Assembly (NCBI GenBank): GCA_030390025.1
Contig: CM059431.1
Span: 131,318,001-131,382,000, forward strand
Source: Squalus acanthias
Taxonomy: Eukaryota
Direction: 5' to 3'
Length of the DNA: 64,000 nt
The notes under the pieces are model-generated. The model made no database searches and had not been told where the DNA came from. It saw only the letters and a program-made list of their open reading frames with translations. A program made the translations under genes and the position numbers. Within the stretch, counting starts at the first letter, position 1. Each line of letters begins with the position of its first letter. Shown here piece after piece: positions 1-12,109 of this stretch.

Positions 1-969
1 TATTTCTGGTTCAAGTGGGGAGAAACTTTACAGAAGCTTTTTTCAAGAAATTAGATGTGTTGGGTAGAGTGCGTGATAGAGTGATTGGACACTGTCTGTT
101 TAAATGATCAGGAAATGGACATGGATAAATAAATGTAAATTTCAATTAAATAGTGATTCCTCCCACCTCTATTCAGTTTACTTTATCACTGCCAACTTCC
201 ACCCAGTGAGATAATACATTGTTGTGTCAATGTGAAATGGATTCTTTACAAAAATGCACCAGATCCAGTGAGGATTTTTCTGGCCTGCTGTCTTCTTTGT
301 TTGAGTGGTTGGAGTAAATAAGCAGCTTCACCAATTTAAAATGGTATTCGCAAACCCCACTTCATCAACAAACAGTGGACACATGCAGGCTTGGAAAGGT
401 CTCCAAGGCCTTTCTCTTTGTCAGTCTTTTGTGGTTGAAAGCCTTTTAACTGTTTTAACAACTGAGGAACAGATGTTGTAATGTTTAATACAGTTTGTTA
501 CTTAGGTGCTAAGTAGTGCTATGCACCTGCATTTTTGTTAATGACTAGAGGAAGCTGTCACAAAAAGCCCTGTTTAAAGAAAAGAAAATTGTATTGAGCT
601 TCATTCGTGAAAATATGAAGTGATTTCGGTTTTTGCTGTTTAATATTTTGGTACTAAATGTATCTTGTTAGACATGGGGCCAACATTTTTGAATCTCAGT
701 GGAAAAGTAGATGTGGGTAAATGGTGGAACATTGAAAGAAAGCATTAATAGATTAATTGGCACTGCTCTAAGATTTCCCTACCCATCAAAAACAAAAGTA
801 AGAATGCTAGTGAAAACTTTTGAAAATAGAATTTAACTTGTTAAGGCCTTGTTAAAGGCAATTAATCAGGAAGGAGCTCATGCAACATTACATATTTGTT
901 GTGTCACATTAGAAGATCAGTATTTAATCTCCAGTCAGACCTGATGAGTAGTATAAGGATGGCAAATAA

Positions 970-1745
970 TTGAGCAGCAGGAGAGCAGTGAATACTAGAG
1001 GAGTTTTGAACAAGATTGGCCATGTATCAGCCAGGCATATTGAAGGAGAGAGGAAGCCCAGATGGCATACTCATGAATTGCAGTGGATTTACTACAGTAG
1101 AGTCAATCACCAAGGCAGGAAGATCAGTGCACGAGGAAGCTTGATCTTACTAGGGAGTTTGTATCAGCACAAGAACAGCAGCAATTCAAAGAGAAGGCTC
1201 ACCACCACCTTCTCAGGGCAACTAGGATGGGCTATAAATGCGGCTTTGCCAGCATTGTCCACATCCCGAGAACAAAAACCTACAAATACACTTAACCATA
1301 ACAAATACAGTTGGGAGTACCTTCACCACACAGATTGCAGCGGTTCAAGAGGTAGCTCACCACCGCCCTCTCAAGGGCAGTTAGGGATGGGCAATAAATG
1401 CTGGCCTTGCCGGCGACACTGACATCCCATTAATGAATAAAAAAACCAATTGTACCACACTACCAGTGATGGTGAAGATTGCCACGGCCCTCAATATACT
1501 TGTCACATGGGCCTTCCGGGCACCAGCAGTGGACATCTCAGGATGCCATTTTGCTGCATCAACCTCTGGTAGTGAGGGAGCTGAAAGCCTATAATGTCAC
1601 GCACCCATACCTTTCAGCAGTAATTAGAAGCAGAGAAGCCAGGGTGCTACGTGTTTGAGGAAATCATTGTCCAGTTCTTCCAGTGAGCACATATGTACAA
1701 GCACAGACTGCCATTTGCATTCCTTGTTCAGTTTCCCCAAACATT
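970..1745 (+). pseudogene. Highly degenerate PIF/Harbinger transposase N-terminal remnant
   Basis: Broken frames give EDQCTRKLDLTREFVS (~1119) and PVMVKIATALNILVTWAFRAPAVDISG (~1463). These align by eye with QEQCLRRLRFSKEVVTEL and SVAVKVTVALNFFTSRSFQSATGDIG of the transposase at 45611-46762. Confidence 0.6.
1185..1446 (+). mobile_element. Two tandem short 3' tails of the non-LTR LINE family seen at 12110-15443
   Basis: The motif GGCTCACCACCACCTTCTC...GGATGGGCAATAAATGCTGGCCTTGCC...ACATCCC occurs twice (~1185-1275 and ~1305-1446). The second copy ends in GAATAAAAAAA, matching the tail at 15340-15443. Confidence 0.8.
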
Positions 1746-1960
1746 GGCCCCGATAGTTGTGGAAAGGGAACGGGGTCTGTGGGGTGGGTTGTAGGGGGCG
1801 GGAAACCTGGAAATGCAGGTAGAGCGGAGGTCCTGCCGAATTTAATGGCAGGACCTCACTTGAATTTTTTTTCTCCATTTCCCGGTCAGTAGCCAGCCAG
1901 ATCGAGAGACTGCCTGGCTGTCGGGCGAGAAGGCCTGTGCTGGAAGGTTGCAGTGGTGAG
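1746..1960. mobile_element. Left end of a Harbinger-type MITE-like element
   Basis: Begins abruptly with GGCCCCGATAGTTG, resembling the GGCCCGGATTTTG TIR at 32530, and interrupts the transposase remnant. No matching right end was found. Confidence 0.35.
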
Positions 1961-4172
1961 AGGAGGACGGGGGAGATTGGGGGGGAGGGAGGTGTTGAAC
2001 AAATTACGGCTCGGAGAGGGGGGGGAAATTGCAGGGGTTTGAAGAGATTGCGGGTTGGGGGTGGTTGGGGGGAGATCGTGGGAGAGGGGGGTTGAAGAGA
2101 TCGTGGGTTGGGGGGGTGATCGGATGTCGAGGGAGATCGGGGTATGCGGGTGTTTGAAGAGATTGTGGGTTGGGGTGATCACGGGTCAGTGGGGAGATTG
2201 CAGGAGTTGAAGACATCGCGGGTTGAGAGATTGCGGGGGGAGGGTTGAAGAGGTTGCGGGAGGTCGTGGGGAGATCACGGGGGGTTGAAGAGATCGGAGG
2301 TCGGGGGAGTTCGTGGAGAGATCACGGGGGTTGAAGAGACCTCGGGTCGGGCGAAGATCGTGGGGGTGTTGAAGAGATCGCGGGTCGGAGGAGATTGTGG
2401 TGGGGGTTGAAGAGGTCGGGGGGAGATTGCAGGGGGGGGTTGAAGAGATCGCGGGAGTGTTGAAGCGATCACGGGTCGGGGGAGATTGCGGTGGGGGTTG
2501 AAGAGATCGCGGGTCGGGGGAGATTGTGGTGGGGGTTGAAGAGATCGCGGGTTGGGGGGAGATTGCAGGGGGGTTGAAGAGATCGCGGGTTGGGGGAGAT
2601 TGCGGAGGGGGTTGAAGAGATTGCGGGTTAGGGGTGGTTGGGGGGAGATCATGGGAGAGGGGGGTTGAAGAGATCGTGGGTTGGGGGGTGATCGGATGTC
2701 GAGGGAGATCGGGGTTTGCGGGTGTTTGAAGAGATTGTGGGTTGGGGTGATCACGGGTCAGTGGGGAGATTGCAGGAGTTGAAGAGATCGCGGGTTGGCG
2801 AGATTGCGGGGGGCGGGTTGAAGCGGTTGGGGGAGGTCGTGGGGAGATCACGGGGGGGTTGAAGAGATCGGAGGTCGGGGGAGTTCGTGGAGAGATCACG
2901 GGGGTTGAAGAGATCACGGGTCGGGGGGAGATTGTGGGGGCGTTGAAGAGATCACGGGTCGGGCGGAGGTCGTGAGGTGAGCGCGGAGGGTTGAAGCGAT
3001 CGCAGGTCGGGGGAGATTGCAGTGGGTTGAAGCGATCGCAGGTCGGGGGAGATTGCAGTGGGTTGAAGCGATCGCGGGTCGGGGGAGATCGCGGGTCGGG
3101 GGGGTTGAAGAGATCACGGGTCGGGGGGAGATTGCAGGGGGGTGGAAGAGATCGCGGGTCGGGGGAGATTGCAGGGGGGGGTTGAAGAGATCGCGGGTCG
3201 GGGGAGATTGCGGGGGGGGGGGGTTGACGAGATCGCGGGTCGGGGGAGATTGCCGGGGGGGGTTGAAGAGATCGCGGGTCGGGGGAGATTGCGAGGGGTT
3301 GAAGAGATCGCGGGTCGGGGGGAGATTGCAGGGGGGTTGAAGAGATCGTGGGTTGGGGGAGATTGCGGAGGGGGCTGAAGAGATCGCGGGTCGGGGGGAG
3401 GTTGCTGGGGGGGGTTGAAGCGATCACGGGTCGGGGGAGATTGCGGGGGGTTGAAGAGATCACGGGTCGGGGGAGATTGCGGGGGGTTGAAGAGATCACG
3501 GGTCGGGGGAGATTGCGGGGGGTTGAAGAGATCACGGGTCGGGGGAGATTGCGGGGGGGGGGTTGAAGAGATCGCGGGTCGGGGGGAGATTGCGGGGGGG
3601 GATTGAAGAGATCGCGGGTCGGGGGAGATTGCGGGGGGGGGGGGGTTGAAGAGATCGCGGGTCGGGGGAGATTGCGGGGGGTTGGAGAGATCGCAGGTCG
3701 GGGGAGATTGCGGGGGGGGATTGAAGAGATCGTGGGTCAGGGAGAGATTGCGGGGGGGGGTTGAAGAGATCGCGGGTCGGGGGAGATTGCGGGGGGGGAT
3801 TGAAGAGATCGCGGGTCGGGGGAGATTGCGGGGGGGGGTTGAAGAGATCGCGGGTCGGGGGAGATTGCGGGGGGTTGGAGAGATCGCAGGTCGGGGGAGA
3901 TTGCGGGGGGGGATTGAAGAGATCGTGGGTCAGGGAGAGATTGCGGGGGGGGGTTGAAGAGATCGCGGGTCGGGGGAGATTGCGGGGGGGGATTGAAGAG
4001 ATCGCGGGTCGGGGGAGATTGCGGGGTGTTGAAGAGATCGCGGGTCGGGGGAGATTGCGGGGGGGGGTTGAAGAGATCGCGGGTCGGGGGAGATTGCGGG
4101 GGGGGGATTGAAGAGATCGCGGGTCGGGGGAGATTGCGGGGAGTTGAAGAGATCGCGGGTCGGGGGGAGATT
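1960..4172. repeat. G-rich minisatellite, unit about 33-38 bp (GnTTGAAGAGATCGCGGGTCGGGGGAGATTGC)
   Basis: Directly visible tandem array with variable-length G tracts. It explains all the low-complexity ORFs between 1886 and 4488. Confidence 0.97.
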
Positions 4173-4780
4173 GGCCAGCCCTTGACCGTTGACAGACAGA
4201 TCTAATGTAATGTATGTCCAACTTACAAGGCCTGTTCTTTTTAGCCGTATCCCGGCGCTGCTGCAGCCGGCTGGTAGTCGGGACGGGATGGTCGGTTCCT
4301 CTCCGAACAGCTGGCCCTGCACTGTTCCACCTCCGACTCCTGTTGCTCACAGTGACATTGCGGCCGCTGCTGGCCCACAGTCTTTTCCCCTTCCACCTTC
4401 TCATTTTTTTTTGAAGGAACAAATAATCTTTAATAATATTTTTGATTGCAAAGTTGTTCCTGCTGTTCACACCAGTTAAATTTGACAAACTATTTTGTTG
4501 GATAATTTTTCTTTCAGTTACCTTTGGTTCACGAATTTACATTTTCAATTTCGAGCAGATTTTACACTGAAAACAATGGGTTACATCCACCCAGTAAATT
4601 AATTCATTTTCTCTGTACATTTTCCTCCATAATAAAGTAATAGAAGTAAAAAATCTGGGGAAAAAACGAATATCAATCTCTGGTAGATCCCAGTCTCCCT
4701 GAACGAGATGCAAGATTTAAGATAAATCTCCCAGAATTTGTTCAAATTAAATTCCTCGAGTCTGTGAGACAATCGGAATG

Positions 4781-4822
4781 AAACTCTTTGGAAAGAGAAG
4801 GTTGGTGGTTCTTAAAGGAGCC
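4781..4822 (-). promoter_or_regulatory. Histone mRNA 3' stem-loop (degenerate) and histone downstream element (U7-binding site)
   Basis: Minus strand reads CAAA-GGCTCCTTTAAGAACC-ACCAA (consensus GGCTCTTTTCAGAGCC-ACCCA) at 4822-4807, then CAAAGAGTTT at 4790-4781 at the expected spacing downstream of the H2A stop. Confidence 0.85.
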
Positions 4823-4860
4823 TTTGTGGTTTGTTGTGAGTTGATTGCTTTCTTTGTCAT

Positions 4861-5251
4861 TCAAGCGTAAATCTTGCTCGGCTGGCTGGTTTTCTTCGGC
4901 AGCAGAACGGCCTGGATGTTGGGCAGGACCCGGCCCTGGGCTATGGTGACCCCTCCCAGCAACTTGTTCAGCTCTTCGTCGTTGCGGATGGCGAGCAGCA
5001 GGTGGCGGGGGATGATCCTGGTCTTCTTGCTGTCACGGGCTACATTGCCCGCCAGTTCCAGGATCTCGGCGGTCAGGTACTCGAGGACAGCGGGCGGGTC
5101 GACCGGGGGCTCCGGCCCCAACACGTTCGGCATTGTGACCCTTGTGCAGTAGTCGGTGGATGCGGCCGACCGGGAACTGGAGACCAGCGCTGGATGAACG
5201 GGTCTTGGCTTTGGCGCGCCCATTCCCTCCTGTTTTACTGTGACCAGACAT
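4861..5251 (-). pseudogene. H2A: Replication-dependent histone H2A pseudogene (intronless, +1 frameshift)
   Basis: One frame gives [43 protein letters not shown] and another gives [61 protein letters not shown]. There is one extra C near 5105-5110 and several substitutions at normally invariant residues. Confidence 0.95.
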
Positions 5252-5407
5252 CTTATCGTTTTAGCTCGCGATAACTTCCTTCAGCACACAGCCGTCGCTT
5301 CCGCCGCCATGGTAACCATTCACTGCCCCGTTCAGCAGCGCCCAGCCGCTCCACACTGGCTCGCTCTCCATCACTGATTTGGATTTTTTTTGCAGAGCTC
5401 CTGGAAA

Positions 5408-5438
5408 GTCCCTCCGGACCCTAGTTTGAGAACCACTG
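5408..5438 (-). mobile_element. Solitary hAT (Charlie/MER5-like) terminal inverted repeat
   Basis: Minus strand reads CAGTGGTTCTCAAACTAGGGTCCGGAGGGAC from 5438, a typical hAT terminus. No partner TIR was found in the window. Confidence 0.6.
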
Positions 5439-6675
5439 CCCTAATTGAAGGAGTAGTACTAATGAATGGCAGCATAGTTAAACTGCAGCAGATACAAAAG
5501 TACTTCTTCCTGCATCTGTGACTAATCCTGGTAGACCTGCATCAGTGCTCAGGGTGGCTGATGCTGTAATTGTGATAGACACAGTACTTTCAGAGGTTGT
5601 GCTTACTGTCACTTGTGCAGGGACATGTGAATTCACGGAACAGAATCTGACATGAGTGTCACTTGCCTGCTCGTGTTATTCGATGCATATCCGTACTGGA
5701 GAACATCTGCTTATGATTCTGCTTTTTTTGAGCATAGCAGCAGTGGGACATCCATGAGAGATGCTTTGACTGTGTCTATGGCCTGTGTAGTTGAAGTCTT
5801 TGCTGCAAATGCCATTGCTGCTGCCATATGTTCAGTAGTAAATTGTCGTGCAGAGAACTGGTATCACATTACATCAACTGTGGGAGATGGCAGTAGATAT
5901 TTGGGTGTCGGACTCTACCACATTACCAGTTCACTTTCCAAAGTTACATGCAAGGAGGCAACTGGCTCAGCAATATGGCCCTACTTTTCTTAACAATCTC
6001 CATTTGAAAGCAGGCTCATAAAGGTTTGCATTCTCACATAACCAAGCTAGGGCATGCAGCATGCTGGCCATGCTGTTGTCCTGTGTCAGCTGGCACCTTA
6101 TTAGCTGCCACCACTGCTTGGTGTTTTGTGCTATGCTCATCAATATCTGCGTCTCCCACCACTTATGTAAGTACATTAGTACCTCCTCAAGTAGGCTGGT
6201 GATAGTTGGTGCATAGTATATTGTGCTCTTTCAGTACAGCTGGTAAATCTCTGGATTCTACTTATTCTGTGAAAAGAGCAGATGGCACATTAAATACACT
6301 TATCTATTTGGGTATTGCATTGTCATTACATGCATTATTAGACACTTGTGCATAATCAGTGAACATGTAACATATAGTGCAAATCATAAAATATCTGTAT
6401 AATATGGTACAGTGCTTATCTTCCAAAGTTGTGGTGCTTTTCAAACTCTACTTTCTGAACATATCCATCATTGTTTGCTCACATTGCATTTGTACCTTCA
6501 GATCTAGAGGTCTACCAACTGCTCCATGCTATGTCCTTTTAATATATGCAATTATGCCTTTAAACATGAGAGCAGTGGGGATTGAGACATGGTTATTTGA
6601 CCCATCAACATTTGTTCCTGTAGTATGTTAACTCTTCTGTCATGGCATGTACAATATGCATAATTATACTATTGT

Positions 6676-7771
6676 CATAAGAACATAAGACATAGGAGCA
6701 GGAGTAGGTCATTTGGCCCCTCGAGCCTGCTCCGCCATTCAGTAAGATCATGGCTAATCTGATCTTGGCCTCAACTCCACTTCCCTGCCCGCTCCCCATA
6801 ACCCTCGACTCCCTTATCGTTCAAAAATCTCTCTATCTCCACCTTAAATATATTCAATGACCCAGCCTCCACAGCTCTCTGGGGAAGAGAATTCCAAAGA
6901 TTCACGACCCTCTGAGAGAAGAAATTCCTCCTCATTTCCGATTTAAAAGGGTGCCCCCTTATTCTGAAATTATGCCCCCTAGTTCTAGATTCCCCACGAG
7001 GGGAAACATCCTCTCTGCATCTACCCTGTCAAGCCCCTTCAGAATCTTATATGTTTCAATAAGATCCCCTCTCATTCTTCTAAACTCCAATGAGTATAGG
7101 CCCAACCTTTCTTCATAAGATAACTCCTTCATCTCCGGAATCAACCCCGTGAACCTTCTCTGAACTGCCTCCAATGCAAGTATATCCTTCCTTAAATAAG
7201 GAGACCAAAACTGTACGCAGTACTCCAGGTGTGGTCTCACCAATGCCCTGTAAAGTTGTAACAGGACTTCCCTACTTTTATACTCCATTCACTTTGCAAT
7301 AAAGGCCGACACTCCATTTGCCTTCCTAATTACTTGCTGTACCTGCATGCTAACTTTTTGTGATTCATGTACAAGGACCCCCAGATCCCTCTGTACCTCA
7401 GCATTTTGTAATCTCTCCCCATTTAAATAATAATTTGCTTTTTTATTTTTCCTACCAAAGTGGATAATGTCGCATTTTCCCACATTAAACTCCATCTGCC
7501 AGATTTTTGCCCACTCACTTAGCCTATCTGTATCCCTTTGGAGATTCTTTGCATCCTCCACACAACTTGCTTTCCCACCTATCTTTGTATTATCAGCAAA
7601 TTTGGCTACATTACACTCAGTCCCTTCATCCAAGTCATTAATATAGATTGTAAATAGTTGAGGCCCCAGCACCGATCCCTGCGGCACCCCACTAGTTACA
7701 GTTTGCCAACCTGAAAATGACCCATTTATCCCGACTCTCTGTTTTCTGTTAGTTAGCCAATCCTCTATCCA
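6676..7771 (-). mobile_element. CR1 LINE, 5'-truncated (RT C-terminal half and 3' UTR)
   Basis: PQGSVLGPQLFTIYINDLDEG..KFADNTK and [19 protein letters not shown]. The 3' UTR has GGCGGAGCAGGCTCGAGGGGCC and a TTCTTATG-type tail. Confidence 0.95.
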
Positions 7772-7869
7772 CTTCTAATACTTGCTAAATTCTTAATAAT
7801 TCTGGGTTTGTATATATCTTTTACTACAACTTTCCATATGCACATGTTCCTTACTTTACAGTAATATCC

Positions 7870-8070
7870 ATACTTTAACATTGTGCTTCTCTTCAGGTCA
7901 TGCACGTTCTTCAGGACCTCCACATCCTGGAGATAGTGCCTGTGATGGACCTTTTGTATTCTGGGAGCTGGCCTCCCCCATCGAAAATGTGTTTCTGTCA
8001 CTCCATGATGATGTTTACCAGCACCTCCAGAGCTTCATCGCTAAAATTGGTTTTGTGCTGTTTTGAAGTG
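7870..8070 (-). pseudogene. Degenerate Harbinger Myb/SANT gene, exon 1 remnant (further possible remnants at ~5470-6270)
   Basis: Minus strand gives KTNFSDEALEVLVN and KNVHDLKRST, comparable to RRFSDQALEELV and KKFNDLTRVA at 48.8-48.6 kb. It is convergent with the transposase remnant at 970-1745. Confidence 0.6.
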
Positions 8071-9184
8071 CAGTTGCATACTCCACATGTATAATGTTGG
8101 ACTTTTTGAAATTTATGGGGCCATCTCCCATGAGTTGCTAACGGACATTGGCCAGGAGCAGAAGTGTCTCACTCTCTGTGTATGTCAGCTGGGCATGGTT
8201 AAAATGATTGCTTTATTCATGATGGTTTTATCAAAGCAAAGCCAACACTGCCAGCTAGAATACCAGATGAACCGACTGCCACATTTGGAAAACAGATATT
8301 TTCTCAGGAAACCAAGTCACGGATATGTTATAAAAATCTACATTTATCTGACCTGTGTTACAAAACTATAGCAAGTGCACAATATTACAACGTCATGTTT
8401 TAGCCAACCGTTTTTCTATCAATTTCAAACATAGTATTAAGCACCAATATTTTGCCATTTTTGTTTCCTTCATGGTTAGAGGTATGGAATACAAGCCTTT
8501 TAACAACAAAAATACAAATTATACTTCCTTTCAAAAGTTTTCTGCAAGAGATTGCTCACAGTAGCTCCTTACCTCGAATATCAAATGGGCAGACAGTCCC
8601 ATCTGTTCAGGGACTAGGTTTTTAGAAATACAAAACTTTGCATCTTTCCTTCTTTCCTGAATACATTTGCACCATACTTTGTGTGACCAAAAGGTTTTGT
8701 TTTGCTTAAATTCAGTAATTACATTCAGTACCACCCTCCAATGGCAGAATTTGTAGAATTTCCAGTTCTTAAATTAATCATATTTTTGCCTTCTGCTCCT
8801 GCAAGGTGCTCAGACATAAATTCTTACATTCTGTTCTGTTTTTCTGTAATAATTGATTTGATATTATCTACACTATATTAAAATCTTTCATCTGTGTCCT
8901 CGCTGTCAATTTGTTCTAAATTCCAGATGTTCACATGTAGTACAGAAGGAAACTGCCGATGTAAATAGGTCATGTTGTAATTACACACTCCCACCAGCAG
9001 TGGCACTGCATTGCTTCCATTAGAAATATAGGCGTAAGAATTTTTGATGGAAAGTTGGCACAGCCATAAGATTTATAATATATTACAGATATAGGAATTT
9101 GTATACTAATATAAACACAAAACAAAATAATGACTAAAAGCAATTACAAAAAATATTTGTTAACTGGTTCTCCACCTTCACCTT

Positions 9185-10679
9185 ACTTCCAAAATTCTAT
9201 AGACTCTGGAACAGTTCCCAGGGATTGGAGGGTAGCTAATGTAACCTCACTATTTAAAAAAGGTGGGAGAGAGAAAACGGGGAATTATAGACCGGTAAGC
9301 CTGACATCGGTAGTGGGGAAAATGCTAGAGTCCATTATAAAAGATGTAATAACAGAGCACTTGGAAAACAGTGACAGGATCGGACAAAGTCAACATGGAT
9401 TTACAAAAGGTAACTCATGCTTGACTAATCTACTGGAATTTTTTGAGGATGTAACTGGTGGAATAGATAAGGGAGAACCAGTGGATGTGGTGTATTTGGA
9501 CTTTCAGAAGGCTTTCGATAAGGTCCCGCATAAGAGATTAGCGTGCAAAGTTAAAGCACATGGGATGGGGGTAAGGTACTGACTTGGATAGAGAACTGGT
9601 TGGCAGACAGGAAGCAAAGAGTTGGAATAAATGGGTCTTTTTCCGAGTGGTAGGCAGTGACTAGTGGGGTACCGCAGGGATCGGTGCTAGGACCCCAGTT
9701 ATTATATTAATGATCTAGACGAGGGAACTAGATGTAATATCTCCAAGTTTGCAGACGACACAAAGCTGGGTGGGCGTGTGTGCTATGAGGAGGATGCAGA
9801 GAAACTCCAGTATGATTTGGACAGGTTGGGTGATTGGGCAGATGCATGGCAGATGCAGTATAATGTGGATAAATGCGAGGTTATCCACTTTGGTGGCAAA
9901 AACAGGAAGACAGATTATTATCTGAACGGCAATAGATTGGGAAAAGGGGAAGTGCAACGAGACCTAGGTGTCCTTGTGCACCAGTCGCTGAAGGTAAGCA
10001 TGCAGGTGCAGCAGGCGGTTAAGAAGGCAAATGGTATGTTGGCCTTCATAGCGAGAGGATTCGAGTACAGGAGCAAGGATGACTTGCTGCAGTTGTACAG
10101 GGCCTTGGTGAGACCTCACCTTGAGTATTGTGTGCAGTTTTGGTCGCCTTACCTGAGGAAGGATGTTCTTGCCATGGAGGGAGTGCAGCGAAGATTCACC
10201 AGGTGATACCTGGGATGGCAGGAATGACGTATGAAGAGAGATTGGGTCGATTCGGCTTGTATTCGCTAGAGTTTCGAAGAATATGAGGGGATCTCATTGA
10301 AACTTATAACATTCTAACAGGACTAGACAGACTAGATGCAGGAAGGATGTTCCCGATGGCGGGGGAGTCCAGAACCAGGGGTCACAGTCTAAAGATAAGG
10401 GGTAAGCCATTTAGGACTGAGATGAGGAGGAATTTCTTCACCCAGAGAGTGGTGAACCTGTGGAATTCTCTACCACAGAAGGCAGTTGAGTCCAATTCAT
10501 TAAATATATTCAAGAAGGAGTTAGATATATTTCTTAAGGCTAAGGGGATCAAGGGATATGGGGAGAAAGCAGGGACAGGGTACTGAATTTGGATGATCAG
10601 CCATGATCGCATTGAATGGCGGAGCAGGCTCGAGGGGCCGAATGGCCTACTCCTGCTCCTATCTACTATGTTTCTATGT
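9185..10679 (+). mobile_element. CR1 LINE, 5'-truncated, with stops and frameshifts
   Basis: WRVANV..LFKKG..NYRPVSLTSVVGK, VDVVYLDFQKAFDKVPH, FADDTK and YCVQFWSP motifs, followed by a CR1 3' UTR and CTATGTTT tail. Confidence 0.95.
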
Positions 10680-12109
10680 AGTTTTGTTGGCTGACTGCTT
10701 ATTCTTGATTAGTTGCTTTTATACCCACTCGCTACTTTGTGATTGCTTTCAGGCTTGTTTGCTAATTGTTCATTGGTCGGTTCCTTACCTGTTTACTAAC
10801 GATTGGCTCATATATTATTCATAAAGAAATCAGGTGCAAATGTAAACACAAACTTTGCATGTGTGACAGTTCCAAGCAGGTGTGTTTGACACTTTGAATT
10901 GTGATGGAGTTTGAAAAGATGATTAATGCTGGTATTTGGATCATACTTTTTTTTTATTGGTTTTTAACCAAATCACATTTCTTATAGTCGACAGTTGGGA
11001 ATTACTATATTCCAGCAATTTCATTAAAATAATTAATAAGGTACTTTTCACTTTTTTTCAGCCAATTAAAATTTGTTCCCATAAAAGAGACTTTTTAAAT
11101 TTGCTAAATTTGTAAGCGGAATTAAAGAAAGTGGGAGATTCAGTGTGCACCTTATGCAGGTCAACTAATTGTGTTGAAAAATGTATATAACTAATGAACT
11201 TTGCTGTCTTTACAGAATTGTTTCGAAAAAGTAAAAATAATTATCTTGCAACATTTTATTGCTGAACTTAAGATCATGAAAAAAGTAAAAGATGAGGAAA
11301 CTACTTCAGGAGTGCTCAACAAATATATATCCTAAGAATAAGAGTAGGCCATTCAGTCCCTTGAGTCTATTCCACAATATATGTATCTCGGCACAGGATA
11401 GCAAACAGTTGGGATATTTGAGTAAATTAATTTGCTTATCTTTAAAACTATTATCAGAGGATTTGAATCCACAGCAATGACTGTCAACACTAATTGCCGC
11501 AAGGGTAGAAAATGAAAATGTCGCACCAGTGTGGTGCGGCTCATTGCTCTGAGACTGTGATTGAGATTCAGTGCTGGAGCAGTATAGGAGAACTCCATAT
11601 GTCCATGTTTGACCAGATATGATTGCCAATTGAAAACCATGATCCACTCCAAATATGGCAGCTGGTTGGGAAGATACAGTTCCTGACCCCATTTTTTAAA
11701 AGACAAATCATATTTACCAAAAGGCTGATGTTGGCTTCACCATCAAATGACACTGCAACAGCTCTACTAATTTGACTTCGCTGTACTGGAATTTATACTT
11801 TGAACTTATCCAAGTTTTAGGTTTTATGTTCTATTACCTGTTTGTATTTGGAAAATACTAGACTAGAAGAGGTACTTTCAGCCCCTCAAGCCTGTTCCAC
11901 CATTCAATTAGATCATGGCTGATCTTTAACTTAACTCAATCTACCCGCTTTGGTTCAGTAACCCTTAATACCCTTACCTTAACAAAATCTATCTATCTCA
12001 GTTTTGAAATGTTCTATTGACCTAGCCTTAGCGGCTTTTGGGAGAAGAGAGTTCCAGATTTCCACTACCTTTGTGTGAAGAAGTGCTTTCTGATATCACC
12101 CCTGAACAG

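Noticed and set aside
1960..4172. CRISPR-like regular spacing
   Set aside because: There are no unique spacers or cas genes, and the context is a vertebrate tandem repeat.
1886..4488. Long Pro/Arg/Gly-rich ORFs up to 449 aa
   Set aside because: They are translations of the minisatellite, open in several frames on both strands.
7881..8066. Apparent plus-strand host exon after a good acceptor (TTCTCTTCAG)
   Set aside because: There is no convincing donor, and the minus strand better explains it as a Harbinger Myb/SANT exon remnant.
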